From positions 1-64,000 of the forward strand of contig NW_022985700.1 of assembly GCF_902459465.1 (NCBI RefSeq): DNA of 64,000 nt, written 5' to 3'. Source of the DNA: Asterias rubens (lineage: Eukaryota). The position numbers were made by a program, and so were the translations under genes. Every line of letters begins with the position of its first letter. Positions within the stretch are counted from its first letter, which is position 1. Positions 1-12,600 of the stretch are shown piece by piece. The notes under the pieces are model-generated. The model was not told the origin of the DNA. It ran no database searches and worked only from the letters and a program-made list of their open reading frames with translations.

Positions 1-133
1 TCAACTTCAGAGGGAGCCGTTTCTCACAATGTTTTATACCATCAACCTCTCCCCATTACTCTTCACCAAGAAAGGTTTTATGGTAATAATTATTTTATGG
101 TAATAATTATTTTGAGTAATTACCAACCTTTAA

Positions 134-486
134 TGGCACTGGACACTATCGGTAATTAATCAAAGTAATAGTTACATAAAAACTTATTTGGTAGCAAACA
201 AGGGAGACCTGTTGATAGTATAAAACATAGTGAGAAACAGCTCCCTCTGAAATAACGTAGTACTAAGTAATTTCTCACTAAAATATTTGAGGTCTCAAAT
301 TCAAGCACCTGAAAGCACACAACTTGTGCGACAAGGGTGTACGTACATGTATCTTGTTCCATTATTCTGGCAACTTAGACGACCAATTGAGTTCAAATTC
401 TCACAGGTTTTTCATTTTATGCATATGTTGAGATACAATAATTGAGAAGAGTGGTCTATGACATTTACCAAAGGTGTCCAGTGTCT
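134..486. mobile_element. TTAA-flanked Kolobok-like MITE, family A (abuts a truncated copy at 1-128)
   Basis: TTAA at 130-133 and 487-490; imperfect TIR (T/A)GGCACTGGACAC...GTGTCCAGTGTCT; body matches the other family A copies. Confidence 0.8.
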
Positions 487-633
487 TTAAATGGGAAGCA
501 AATTACAATATTTCCAAATGTCTAACGACTAACACAAAGTTTACCGATGTTTCAAAAGATAATAAATATCCAAAAATTTAAAGAGGATCAGTTTCCCTGT
601 TAAACATCCGTAATAAACTAAAAATGTACAAAC

Positions 634-3600
634 CTGACTCTGTGCAGTTTCTTCCTGTGCATTCTAAATGACCACCATTACACATACTGCAATATGGAAA
701 AGGATTTTAAAAAATTAAAGAAATTAACAAGTATTAGTGAGAGCTGGTGTCACAGGAAAATCCGTCCTACCGAGATTCCCATATGGGAACGTGGGCTGAA
801 GGAGGGTGATTCAAAAAGAGAACGCTATCAGAAGAAGTTTGTACACAGTTTGCCATCTGAGATGGGGGGGGGGGGTGGGACAGAATCTCCTTCCACACGG
901 TCTTCAATGTGACTGCAGATTAAACAATTTACTTAGAAGGATTTCGTTCAAAGAAGATTTTAAACTTGTTAATAATAATAATAACAATTTGGGAAACTTA
1001 TAATGCGCCATGTCTGTCACAGGTGACACTCCTGGCGCAGGAACCCTAACAAAGCTTACAACTAGGAACCCTAATGTAAAAACAACATAAACAGAAGGAG
1101 AAACAGCTGATTAGAAGAGATGGCTTTTGAGTTTGTTCTTGAAAGTGTTGAATGAAGTTTCCTTTCTCAGTTTGACGGGGAGTGAGCTCCATAGGGAAGG
1201 ACTGGACCGAGAGAAAGAACGGTTTCCCCAGGAGTGATGAGAGGGGGGGGGGGCTATGTTCACTCAGCCTGTCTGTCGCATACGCTTTTATTTTTGAGTC
1301 TATGCAACTTTACTGTAACATTTTCACCCCCATAGGACGATAGTTCTTGCTTGATAGTTATTAAAACAGTTGAACCGTATGCTAAAGGATCCTCATTCTG
1401 ACAATTTTGGTTATACCCTTACATCGCTGTGTGTTAGCACTGTAAAGGCTCTCTACTTTCCACCGAGTACAGTGAATGAACAAATAACAGGTATATCTCT
1501 ACCGGGCAATCTCGGTGGTCTAGTTGGGAAGACACTGCTCAAGAAAAGGTCAGTGGTTCGAATTCTACCCGAACTATAATTATCGTTCTTTCTTTATCCC
1601 GATGCAAGTTTAACATATAATAGTATTCTCATTCTTAGTCAATCATTAAGGCAACATGCCAACACTAACCACTGCATGCAGTCTTCAACAACAAGTGCGC
1701 CGTGTCTGATCTCCTCTTGCCCATTGTTGATGAAACACGGACAAAGCTTTCTCTCGATACACTCGTCCCGGAACAGAACTGTTCCTTCTGGGCAGTGGCA
1801 TCCCTCCACACACCTTTCTTCGCATCCGTAGTTCTGTTCAGCATGTGAAGGGTAACATTTGTCGGGGCAAATCTTCCCACATGCCTGGTATACCCTTCCG
1901 CTCTCGCATTGCAACGCTGAAAATGCATCAACAATAACAAATCTAAGATTAAGATCTTTGTTTTGAACTGCAAAGTGTTATATTCCAGTTACATGTTTTA
2001 CTAACATGTTGATTGTCTTTAAGACTTTGTACTCCTATTCTTATAATCCACTTTCTTATTTCTTTATTTGTTCATACAATACCCGCTTAGTTTTCGACTA
2101 GTGCCTTTTTTTGAGCATGTCAACAAGATTAAGGCGCTATAAGTTTTGGTATGGCTTTATTATTTGATAGGTGATATTTCTAGATAAAATGACGGTGATA
2201 ATCTTTTTTTAAGCTGATATCGTTGATGTAAAAAGTATTGCCACCTTTTCACTTACCCTGTCCCTGTCCTATTTAGTATCATTAGTGTTTTCTTGTAAAT
2301 GTTCATTTTGAATGATACTTGTAATATTTTTGTGGAAAAAAAATCCAAAAATAAATTGATGAAACAGAAGACGCTGAAAAAAGAATGAAAACTTACGACA
2401 GTATCCCTCTGCCCTCCACGCGATTGCAACGTTGTTTTCATTGCAAGCGGTTGCGTATGCTGTGACGGCAGTGCACATGCACTCACAGTCAGCCCCTCTG
2501 TCGCAGAAACAGGTGTCTGAGACACACGCTTGGAAGAAAGGTTCAGAGTCAACCTGGGAAAAAAAATCATCATCATTTAAACCTCAAAAACAAAAATCAA
2601 AAACAAAGTGTTAAACTACCCTTAGTTTATTAGTTTTTTTTTTTTACCCATACACCGATGTGTGTTAGCACTGTATACTCAGTACTTTCCCAAGTCCTGT
2701 GAAAAAATATCACAGGCATATTACTCGGGTGGTATTCGAACCAAAGCACGTAACCAATATCGAGAAGCAAAAATAAATTTTTGGCAAGTAATTGAGTTTA
2801 ATTGAAAACAATGTCTAACTGTGAGATAGGCGGCACTACTGCACTGATGTACATTATCTACCAAAATCCAACCCCCAATTCGAATTTGGTCCATTCTCCC
2901 CCAAAAACAATTCAGATGGTTACCATCTTGTATTCAACCCCAAAGTATTTGTACTGAAAAATAGGCTAAATTTCAAAGCGTTTGCGTATAAAAACTTACA
3001 AGGTTGTGACATGAAGCAAAGATGGACTTCTTGATTATGCTGCAAACAGACTCAGCCCAAGCTCTTCGATGAGGCTCCGATTTGCACGGCAAGGTCAGTT
3101 CTTTAGGATCTGGGCAGTTTTCTGAGGTTCTCCAACTTCTACCAAATAGTTGTGGCGAAGATTCCATTGCACCGGATCTTGTGTAGAAATCATCAGATGA
3201 GTCCCCGTTGAAGTTACCGCAAAGACCACACACTTGTCCTGCGTGCGATGGATCCAGGGTCACTAACACACTTGTGCCATAGTCCCATTTCAACAGGATT
3301 CCTGAAAGTGAAAAATGTCACTCAAAACCATCAGTATTTTGGCATTGTATTTTGTAATTTTTCATTTCAAACCTATTATTTACCAATTTGTTTCTATCAG
3401 CAAACATGTTTTCCTGACTTAAAGGCACTGGACACCTTTTCAAAAACCAGTTCTGTCACTTGGTGTATCCCAAAATAACAAACCTGTGAAAGTTTTAACT
3501 TAATTGGTCATCAAAAGTGTAAGATAATGGTGAAAGAAAAAGCACCCTTGTTGCGCAAATTTGCGTACTTCAGGCCTGAAGTCTTTTAATATTTGAGTGA

Positions 3601-6600
3601 GAAATTACCTCTTCCTCAAAAACTATGTTACTTCAGAGGGAGCCGTTTCTCACAATGTTTTATACTATCATTAGTTCTCCATTGCTTGTTACCAAGTAAG
3701 TTTTTATGCAAACAATTATTTTGAGTAATTAATAGCAATAGTGTCCAGTGCCTTTAAGACATTCATCGGAATAATTATTTTATAGGAATAATAATAGTTA
3801 GTTTTTACATAATGCTTTTCACGCCCAAAGGGCATTCCAAAGTGCTCACATTATAACCCCTGGTCATCTGGGCCTTAAATCATTAATTAAACCATCTCAG
3901 CTCACTGTGGAGTATACAGCCTTTTGCAACAAATATGCGGTACTTGGCTAAATCAATCACAAGAACCATCTCTGCCCTCACATTTACCCCTGGGTGGAGA
4001 GAAGCAATTATTGTTAGGTGTCCTGACCAGGATTCGAACCCACACTCTGCTGAACAGAAGCACCAGAGCTTGAGTTCGGTGCTCGACAACCTCTTATATG
4101 AATACAAGTGTTAACTATATTAACAAGTAACCGTTTTTAATTACTTACCTTCAGCTGTCTTGATGACAAGAAAGAGCCCAGCATCTTCCATCTTAAATCG
4201 GGCTTTTGTGGTTACTCTGGGATCCTTGGCTACAGTATACTCTGCTCCTCTAACCAGATGGATTGTGGTGTCATGAAGTGTGAACTTCACTGCCTTGGTG
4301 CAAGTTACCCCATTTCTACCACAAGGAACGTTTTCGATCGTGACTCGGAAGAACCCCTCAACGTTGGACCCACCGCAGAAATTTTCCACCAAGGTGTATT
4401 CGCAGTTGCCTGTACAGAATATGAAAAGGTTATTGCATTTCTTTCAAATTACTGAAAAATAACAATAATTGACAATGTGCGTAAAATCATGGTGGTACTC
4501 TCACACTCATCCTACACCATTCTCAAACTTTTGAAACATAAAAGGCATCAATTGCCACATTTGCATTGTCCAACTATGCTCTTATGATTTGGTCCTGATC
4601 AATTATCCTGTCATGAACCATTTTCTAAGGGATACTAACTATTTGCAGCAATGTCGTCATGAAAGAAGTGACCTAAACCAGGGGTCATATTTATGAAAGA
4701 AAGGTGCAATGTAGATTAACATATCAAAACATAAAAAATGCTAGAACTTAAACTACATTTTAATTCACTAAAGAAAAAGAAGAAGATTTGTCTTAGTACA
4801 ATTGCCTGTTAGGCCATGTAGTTACATTGTCTTGTATTGTAATGCATTGAGACTTTCCGGTGCACTTAAAAAAAAGAACTGCCTAAATGCATTATGACAT
4901 GACTATAAACAAGGAAGGAACACAGGGTGACAGGCATTTAATGACTTACCTTGAAATGAATACCATTTTGCGTCCAGTGTTTGGAAATGCGACTCTCCAT
5001 ATGACCGGCAAGTAGCTGTATACAAATTAAACATGTAAAAACAAATTTTATTACAAGGTTTGGGGTTTAACAAAGACAACCTGACAAGGGTAATATTTGA
5101 ACCAATGACCACTGCCAGAGTAACTTGCCGACGCTCTACCAAATGAGCTACCTAGCCCTGTGTTGGCCGTCTCCCTATTCTGTCAATATCTTTGTTATAC
5201 AGTTTCTTTATGGTACGGTATGGTATGGTGCTCGAAAGCGAGGACACCCAAGGCGAATCTGGATTGATGACATCAAGGACTGGACGGCGAAAAAGACTGG
5301 CAGAAAACCGAGAAGAGGGATGGAGCCAAATCGTCAAGGAAGAGTGTAGGGTCGTCCCCAACGGACGCAAGGCTATGGGACATGATGATGATTATACTTT
5401 AAACCTCAGTCACCAGGTTTTGTCAATGTAGTTTTTTCTTTATCAAAAAGTAAAAAGTAACTTTATGGTATTATTTGATGGTGGAGTATCATAGCTCTGA
5501 CAGCCCAAAACGATTGCAATAATATCTAAAATTTCAAAGTTTTATTTGAATACTTACATGGACATTGGTCTTCGTCACAGATCCATCGGTAATCAGTGTG
5601 ACACATGCTGAAATGGGAGAAAAACAATAAATGCAGACAACTTTTCAAGAACATTTTCAAATATTTGGTACAACTCTATATGAACCACTTCAAGTAGGAC
5701 AAAAATTGAGCTTCTTTTTGTCTAGAATGGTGTGTTATTTTAACCTTGCTTGTCAGATGTTCCACCATTAGTTGTATGGTCTGAAAAACAAAATCTTGTA
5801 TACGACTGATTACATAAAATAAAAAAACTGTATTCGAGTTTGTCTGTCTGTTCAAGCACCTTGAGTACAATGTACCTTTGTCAGTAAATACGTCAGGACT
5901 ATGTCACTATGAAGCATCCATTTCCAAAACACAAGTTTTTATCAAAATCCATGAAAAGCATTTTAGTTAAAAACTAACCACGTATGGCAATCCATTGCAG
6001 TGGTGTCGAAAGGCTTGTAGCTTTTATCATTGTACTCGCAAGTACAATCCGAGACATCTATGCACGATCCTTTGTGTAAGACTAGACCTTTCGGACATCC
6101 ACACCCAGGGGTACAGCCGCTTCGGATACTACATGCCTTGTTGGCACTTTGGCAGGTTCTCTCACATTGCAGACAGGGAATCCATTCCATACCATCGGCA
6201 CAAGTCTCATAAGCTACCACAAACAATATGAAGAAAACAATTTAAACAATGCATTGAAAATATTAATAACTGCCGTAATGTCGATAGCCAAATTGGATTA
6301 CTAATAAATGATGCTATTTCAATACTTGTATCTTTTGGTCAGGCTCTTTGGACCATGAGCAATGGAAGAATTTTAATCTTCTCAAACTATTATTATAACT
6401 ATTACTATTATTATTGTTATTTAACATTATACTGTCAGAAATTTGTTGCGTGTTTATATGTTTGTATAAACAACTATTTGATCTATCATTCTTTTTATAT
6501 AATACATGCAATATATTAACTGATTTTTAAACTGTACATTTCGGCTTTTAGCTGCTGTATTGCAGTGTTTTGATAACCTAAGAATATAATAAAAGGCTTC

Positions 6601-9600
6601 AGTGCACAACAACAGTCATTGATACACTTTTGGCTACAACTACACCAAATGTACAACAAATAAATATACGGTCTCTTTTCAGATCTTGCACTTGACAAAC
6701 TAAAACACTTTGTGATCATCATTGATATAGCGATGGTTAATTGATATAACATCGCGATAACTGTAACATCAGTGGTTTTCAAAATGTTGGTCATAAAATG
6801 GACACAAACAAAATTTGCACACATGATTGCTGTGTCAGAATTAACCGAAGAAATCAAAGACATTTTAGAGATAAAAACCAACCAAGGCTGTCTTAGATCG
6901 TAAAACAAATAAAAGTGATTAAACCCACCTTCATGGTCTAGTTGATTATATAGACAAGATTGATTCATGTTTTATTTTAGTATAAATGTTCAAAAAACAT
7001 TTTAATAACGCAAACTATCCTGGTGGAAATAAAAACATAAAAATTAACAGTCCTGTTTCATATAATCAGTATAATTTCCACTGGGTATTCTGTTTGAAAA
7101 TCTATACTTTAAATATTAAAATTCTTACTTGAACAGTCGAGCTCTGTGCAGGTGTGTGTCCCCGAAGAACAAAAACTATGTTAGAAAAACAAAAAACATA
7201 GAATCGTGTAATGTTTCAATCGCAAAGTGTAGGTTTGTCAAAGACTTAAATTTTTCAAATGTCTTTTCTTAAATGTCTTTTCGGTTTAAAGGCACTGGAC
7301 ACTGTTGGTAATTCAATATTATTAATTGTTAGCATAAAAACTTACTTGGTAATGAGCATTGTGCAGCTGTTGGCAGTGTAAAGCATTGTGAGAAACGGCT
7401 CCCTCTGAAGCAACACATGTTTTGAGAAAGAGGTAATTTCTCACTCAAATAAAATACTTCAGCTGAAGCCTTTTATTGTGCATCTGAAAGCACACAATGT
7501 GCACCAAGGTTTTTATTCTTTCGTTGTTCTCCTGCAACTTTGATGACCGAATGAGCTGAAATTTTTACAGGTTTGTTATTTTATGCACATGTTTGGATAC
7601 ACCAAGTGAGAAGACTGGTCTTTGACAGGTATTAAATGTGTCCAGTGCCTTTTAATAATGAAATGTAATGTTATTTTTACCAGTCATTGCATCCTTTCTT
7701 CCAAGACTGATGAGATTGGTACACGATACCGTCAACTATGCATGGGCAGTAATCAACTTTTACACACTGTCCTGATTCGTCATCTCGAACCTGTTGTATC
7801 AACAAAGAAATCTCATCAGTTTATAGCATCCATTAAAAATGTCCACATAATTTATTAACAATAATAATCATATTCATTTTTTTATTTTTTTACCCGTATA
7901 CACCGATGTATTTAGTACTGTATACTCAGTACTTTCCCGAGTCCTGTAAAAAAAATCACAGGCATTTTACTCGGGTGGGATAATAATCATAACAATAATT
8001 AAAAGCTGTAAAGTGCTTCTATGTTTAGTTAAATTGTTGCTTTCTCTTGTATACATTTGTTTATTTGTTTTGTAAAGCGCATTGAGAGTACTTGCAGTAC
8101 TGAATTGCGCTATATTAGCATTTCTTATTATTATTAATATTAAGACTAAATCTACTCCAAGGCGATGAAAATAAAATAAATCACAGAGAGAGTAACAAAA
8201 AAAGGTTACAAATTATGTAGCTTACAAACAAATAAAAGCACATTAAATATAACAGATTTACATAAACGCATTGGCAAAACGGCTACAAACGCTTTTTATA
8301 GACCAACTCGACCGATTCAAGGCAACGTGTTCCTTTAGTAGTCTTCCACTTACTTTATCTTCTGGACATTGGCAGCCTTCTACACACTCCTCGTGGCAAG
8401 GTTGTTGTGTCAAGAAATCTTTGCAATTCACGTGACAATTTGAACCACACATCTTGTAAACCTGGCCAACTGGACACTTTATGGCTGAAAATTAAAACAA
8501 CAATCATATGAATTATTTACTTTGATGTATTATTGTCTGTGTATAATGTTTTTAATAATTATGTAAAATTCTGTACAGCGTTTTGAGTTCTTTTATGTGA
8601 GACGCTATATTAAAAAATAAATTTATTATTATTATATTGTCATGTTTTTAGGGAATATCAATGGGAGAAATTCAAGATGGCTGCACCGTGATAAAGGTCT
8701 ATTAACCGTGATAAAGGTCTGCACCGTGATAAAGGTGATAAAGGTGCTGGTAACCTCTCACCTCTAGTATTTTTTTATCATGGTTTGCTCCTGGTGGTTT
8801 TGTTTAGTTTGAATTGTATACCCTTCTTGTGGTGTTTAGACTGCCTGTTCTATATTTAGTGTTGTTTTTACAATGTTGTATTTAAGTGGAAAGCGCCATG
8901 AGGCTACTCTTTTATTATTATTATTATTATTGATTGTGTAACCGAGGCATTTGCTTTAGAGTCAACTTGAATAACAGTTGTATCAGCCAATCAAATCTCT
9001 GAACGCTTCTTTTAACTCATGCAAGTGGTCAAAAGGAAAACAAAAGAAGTACTTACGACAGTTATGGAGGCCTCTCCACAAGAAGTCAAACCCAGCCACA
9101 GAACACTCCCGAGCATAGGTAGCAAAGGCTAGGCACTGGCATTCCTTGTCGCTAGGAGGGCAGCCACATACATCCTGCTCGCATTGCTCAACGTACTTAT
9201 CAACTGGGATCTCTTGGTTACAGCTAGCAAAAGGCTCTTCTCGGAGTTTACGGCAAATCTCCTCGGCCAGGGGTCGTTGCTGGGATTTCAGGTCGCAAGG
9301 TCGTAGGTTCTTCTCCTCTACGTCACCACAGTGAAGGCTGACTTTCCAGGAGTTACCGAACTTGTTGATGTTGGCTTTAGCGTTCACACCACTGGAAGTG
9401 GTGAAGTCGTCTATTTGTTTGTTGTTGTAATTGCCGCACAGCCCACTTACCTGAAACAAAAGAGTTGTTAAACACGTTCAGTCGCCATCATTAGTTTGAT
9501 TATCTTTTTTTTTTCTTCATTTGTTTATGGTTTGAAAACAAATAAATAGTATTAAAATATACAAAAACAACAATAAATAAATAAATATAAATAAATCAAG

Positions 9601-12600
9601 AACGAAAGGGTGAAAATAGAAAATAAATAAATAAATAAAAATAGCCCCAAAAAGTTTATAAATAACAAAATCCCACGAAAGAAAACAGGAAAATCGGAGA
9701 GAAGCAAATCAAAGATGTGTCGTTTTGCTTCTGGCACTGAGTAGTTAAAAAAAAAAGATGATTGAATCTGTTTTGGAAAAGAATAGACAATTTACTCAAC
9801 TTCTTTTATAAACAAAAGATACACAGTCCATTATATGTTACTTAATAATTCAATCAAAGTTGTTACCTTTCCTTGCAAGCTTGGATTCAGCGTGACATAG
9901 ATACGCTTGTCAAGTCCCAATTGAATGTCAATCCCAAGATCGGCTATTGTCATACGAGAGAATATCGAGGACACCTGACGAGCAATGAGGGTTGATCCAT
10001 CCTTCAGCTTCATCTCAAACGGTAACTTTTGAGACTGTGAAATATCACCTGTTGACACCTTTATTGATCCCTGTGCATTTAGTCTGTTCAAAGAAAAACA
10101 ATTGTAGGCTATTAATTTTGGTTTTTACCCATAAACTGATGTGTGTTAGCACTGTATACTCAGTTCTTTCCTGAGTCCTGTGAAAACATATCACAGGCAT
10201 GTTACTCGGGTGGGATTCGAACCCACGACCCTTGCAATTGTAGGCTAATCATTCAGTTTTTCCTGAAGCTTGCATAAAATTTTCTAGGGCAAACACTTAC
10301 TTAAAAGAGGTGGTTATTTAAAACATAGTTGTACTCGCAAGTTTACCATATGTTATAGTTTATTCTTATGTGACTTTTTTTTCTTTTTTTTGCAAAGGTT
10401 CGCTACAATGTGACATTTCTTTTCCCTTCCATAGTGCTACGTAATGATGACACACAAAGCAATTTACTTAACATTTTAACAAGGAACAAGGGTGTGCAGT
10501 GTTTTGGCCTATTTAAACTGTGATTTTCACTTGCATTTTTCTTAAACGAGCCACTTGTCAGCTCTGTCATTTTATTGTTTGTTATTTGGGTAAAAGTTCA
10601 CTTTTTAATCAACTACAAAAATGTAGATGGATTCTCATTTTGACTTTATTATAGCATTTTGTTTTATTTATTTTGAGGTGGTTTCTGCAACTTTGAATTA
10701 AAATATTATGATTATTATTAAAATGTGGGAGTTAAAAAAAAAGTTTTGTATATATAAACTCCAAAAAAATTATGTAACTGTTTATTCTGGTACTTCCAAA
10801 AGTCCTGATTTGAAATGGAAGCGGGCACATATAGTAAATATATAAATGGCAGGGGGGGGGGGTCCCCCATTACGTCACCTGAGTAGTAGGTTTGAAAATG
10901 AAGTAATGAAATAGTTGTTTTAAAGTCTGCTTACTCAAACATGTGGTCGGGTGTGACCACGCTCACGAGAATCAAACACGATTGCAGACTCGCTGAACAG
11001 TCATCGAATTGCGCCAGGATTCTAATCTCTCCCTGTGTATCATCTTCAGGAATCTGGACAAGAAGGTATTCACAAAAGCTGTTTGCTGGAAACAGGTAGT
11101 TGGAACCGTCAAATGTCTTGAAGTGGTGGCCGTCAGACACGCTGCAAGTTGGGTTGCACTCTTTGTCCACACACTCCCATATGCCGCCAACACAAGTGCT
11201 AAAACAAAGAAAACAATATCATCTACTTCACATTCTTCTAGTAAATACTTGGTTCTTATTTAGCGCAATATGCAGCCAATCAAAGTAGGAACACCGGGGC
11301 GAACACGTTAATACAATGAATATTGTTCAGCAAAAAGATATGATTTCACATTGTTATTGTCTAGAGTTTTATATGCAACATCGCATGGTTGTTTAAAGAC
11401 ACTGGACACTATTGGCAATTGTCGAAGACCAGTCTTCTCACTTGGTGTATCTCAACGAAGTTACGAGATAAACATGAAAGAAAAATACCCTCGTCACACG
11501 AAGTTGTGTGCTTTTAGATGGTTGATTTCGAGACCTCAAATTCTAAATCCGGAGTCTCGAAATCAAATTCGTGGAAAATTACTTCTTTCTCGAAAACTAT
11601 GGCACTTCAGACGGAGCCGTTTCTCACAATGTTTTATACCATCAACCTCTCCCCATTACTCGTCACCAAGTAAGGTTTTATGCTAATAATTATTTTGAGC
11701 AATTACCCAAAGTCCACTGTTGTTTTATCTTTGAAAATAGATCAACAAATCGCCATTATCCAATGTTTTATTTACAGTTGGACGCAAGTTATGGTAAAAT
11801 TGAGCTGCGGGGATCTAATTAACGTAACAGAATACGTAAGAAACCAAAATCTTGAAGATCACAGATTTACATAAACCTTACACGGTCTAATGATGATGAT
11901 AGTAGAAAAAATCTCTAGAAATATTTCTGTCTGAAATTCCATATATGATGAGAAATAAATAATCTAATTTGGCGTTTGGAGTTCATCGCTCAGTGAGCGT
12001 TTTATTCATTTTTGTTTTGGCAGCGATGCAATGCAAAAGTAATCGGTTTTTCACTATTTTCTCGTGACCCAGATGACAGATCGACTTCTACAGGTTTGTC
12101 AGTTCATATATATGGGGAACTATGAAGTGCTACACTGGTCAGCAACTTTTTTTACTGGCAAACCCAACTATGTAACGTTTCTTTAACTTCTTTACTTTAC
12201 ATGCAGTTTGAACGTAAACGATTGGAAAATTGTAAACTATAAAATGTTTGTTTATTTAAACAACAAACCGATAACAATACCAGGCATTTACTTTCGCAGA
12301 GCTTTGAAGAAATTTTCTGACTTTCTAAAAAAAACTGTTGTTTAAACCCATGATCTTTATCTTCAATCAAGATCCCCTGAACTTGAACAAAGGGGAGATA
12401 GGGTGAAAAAATACAAAATATATAAAATCAGGGAACATTGAAACTTTGCTTTTATAAAAATTTCCCATGATATTAACAAACAACAGGAAACATTCCTTCC
12501 AAATCGATTGATTGCAATATCCATTGTTTATTGTCATTGTTAATTGACAGATCTTACGCAATGTACATTCTGCTGATACATTTCATTTCGAGGCAGCAAA

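Noticed and set aside
860-912. Candidate next exon of the SSPO-like gene after a ctgcAG acceptor
   Set aside because: It gives a Cys-poor peptide through a poly-C run; the 686-634 exon ([17 protein letters not shown]) fits phase and cysteine pattern instead.
6516-6968. 150-aa hydrophobic minus-strand ORF
   Set aside because: Antisense to a decayed LINE endonuclease fragment; AT-rich composition explains the hydrophobicity.
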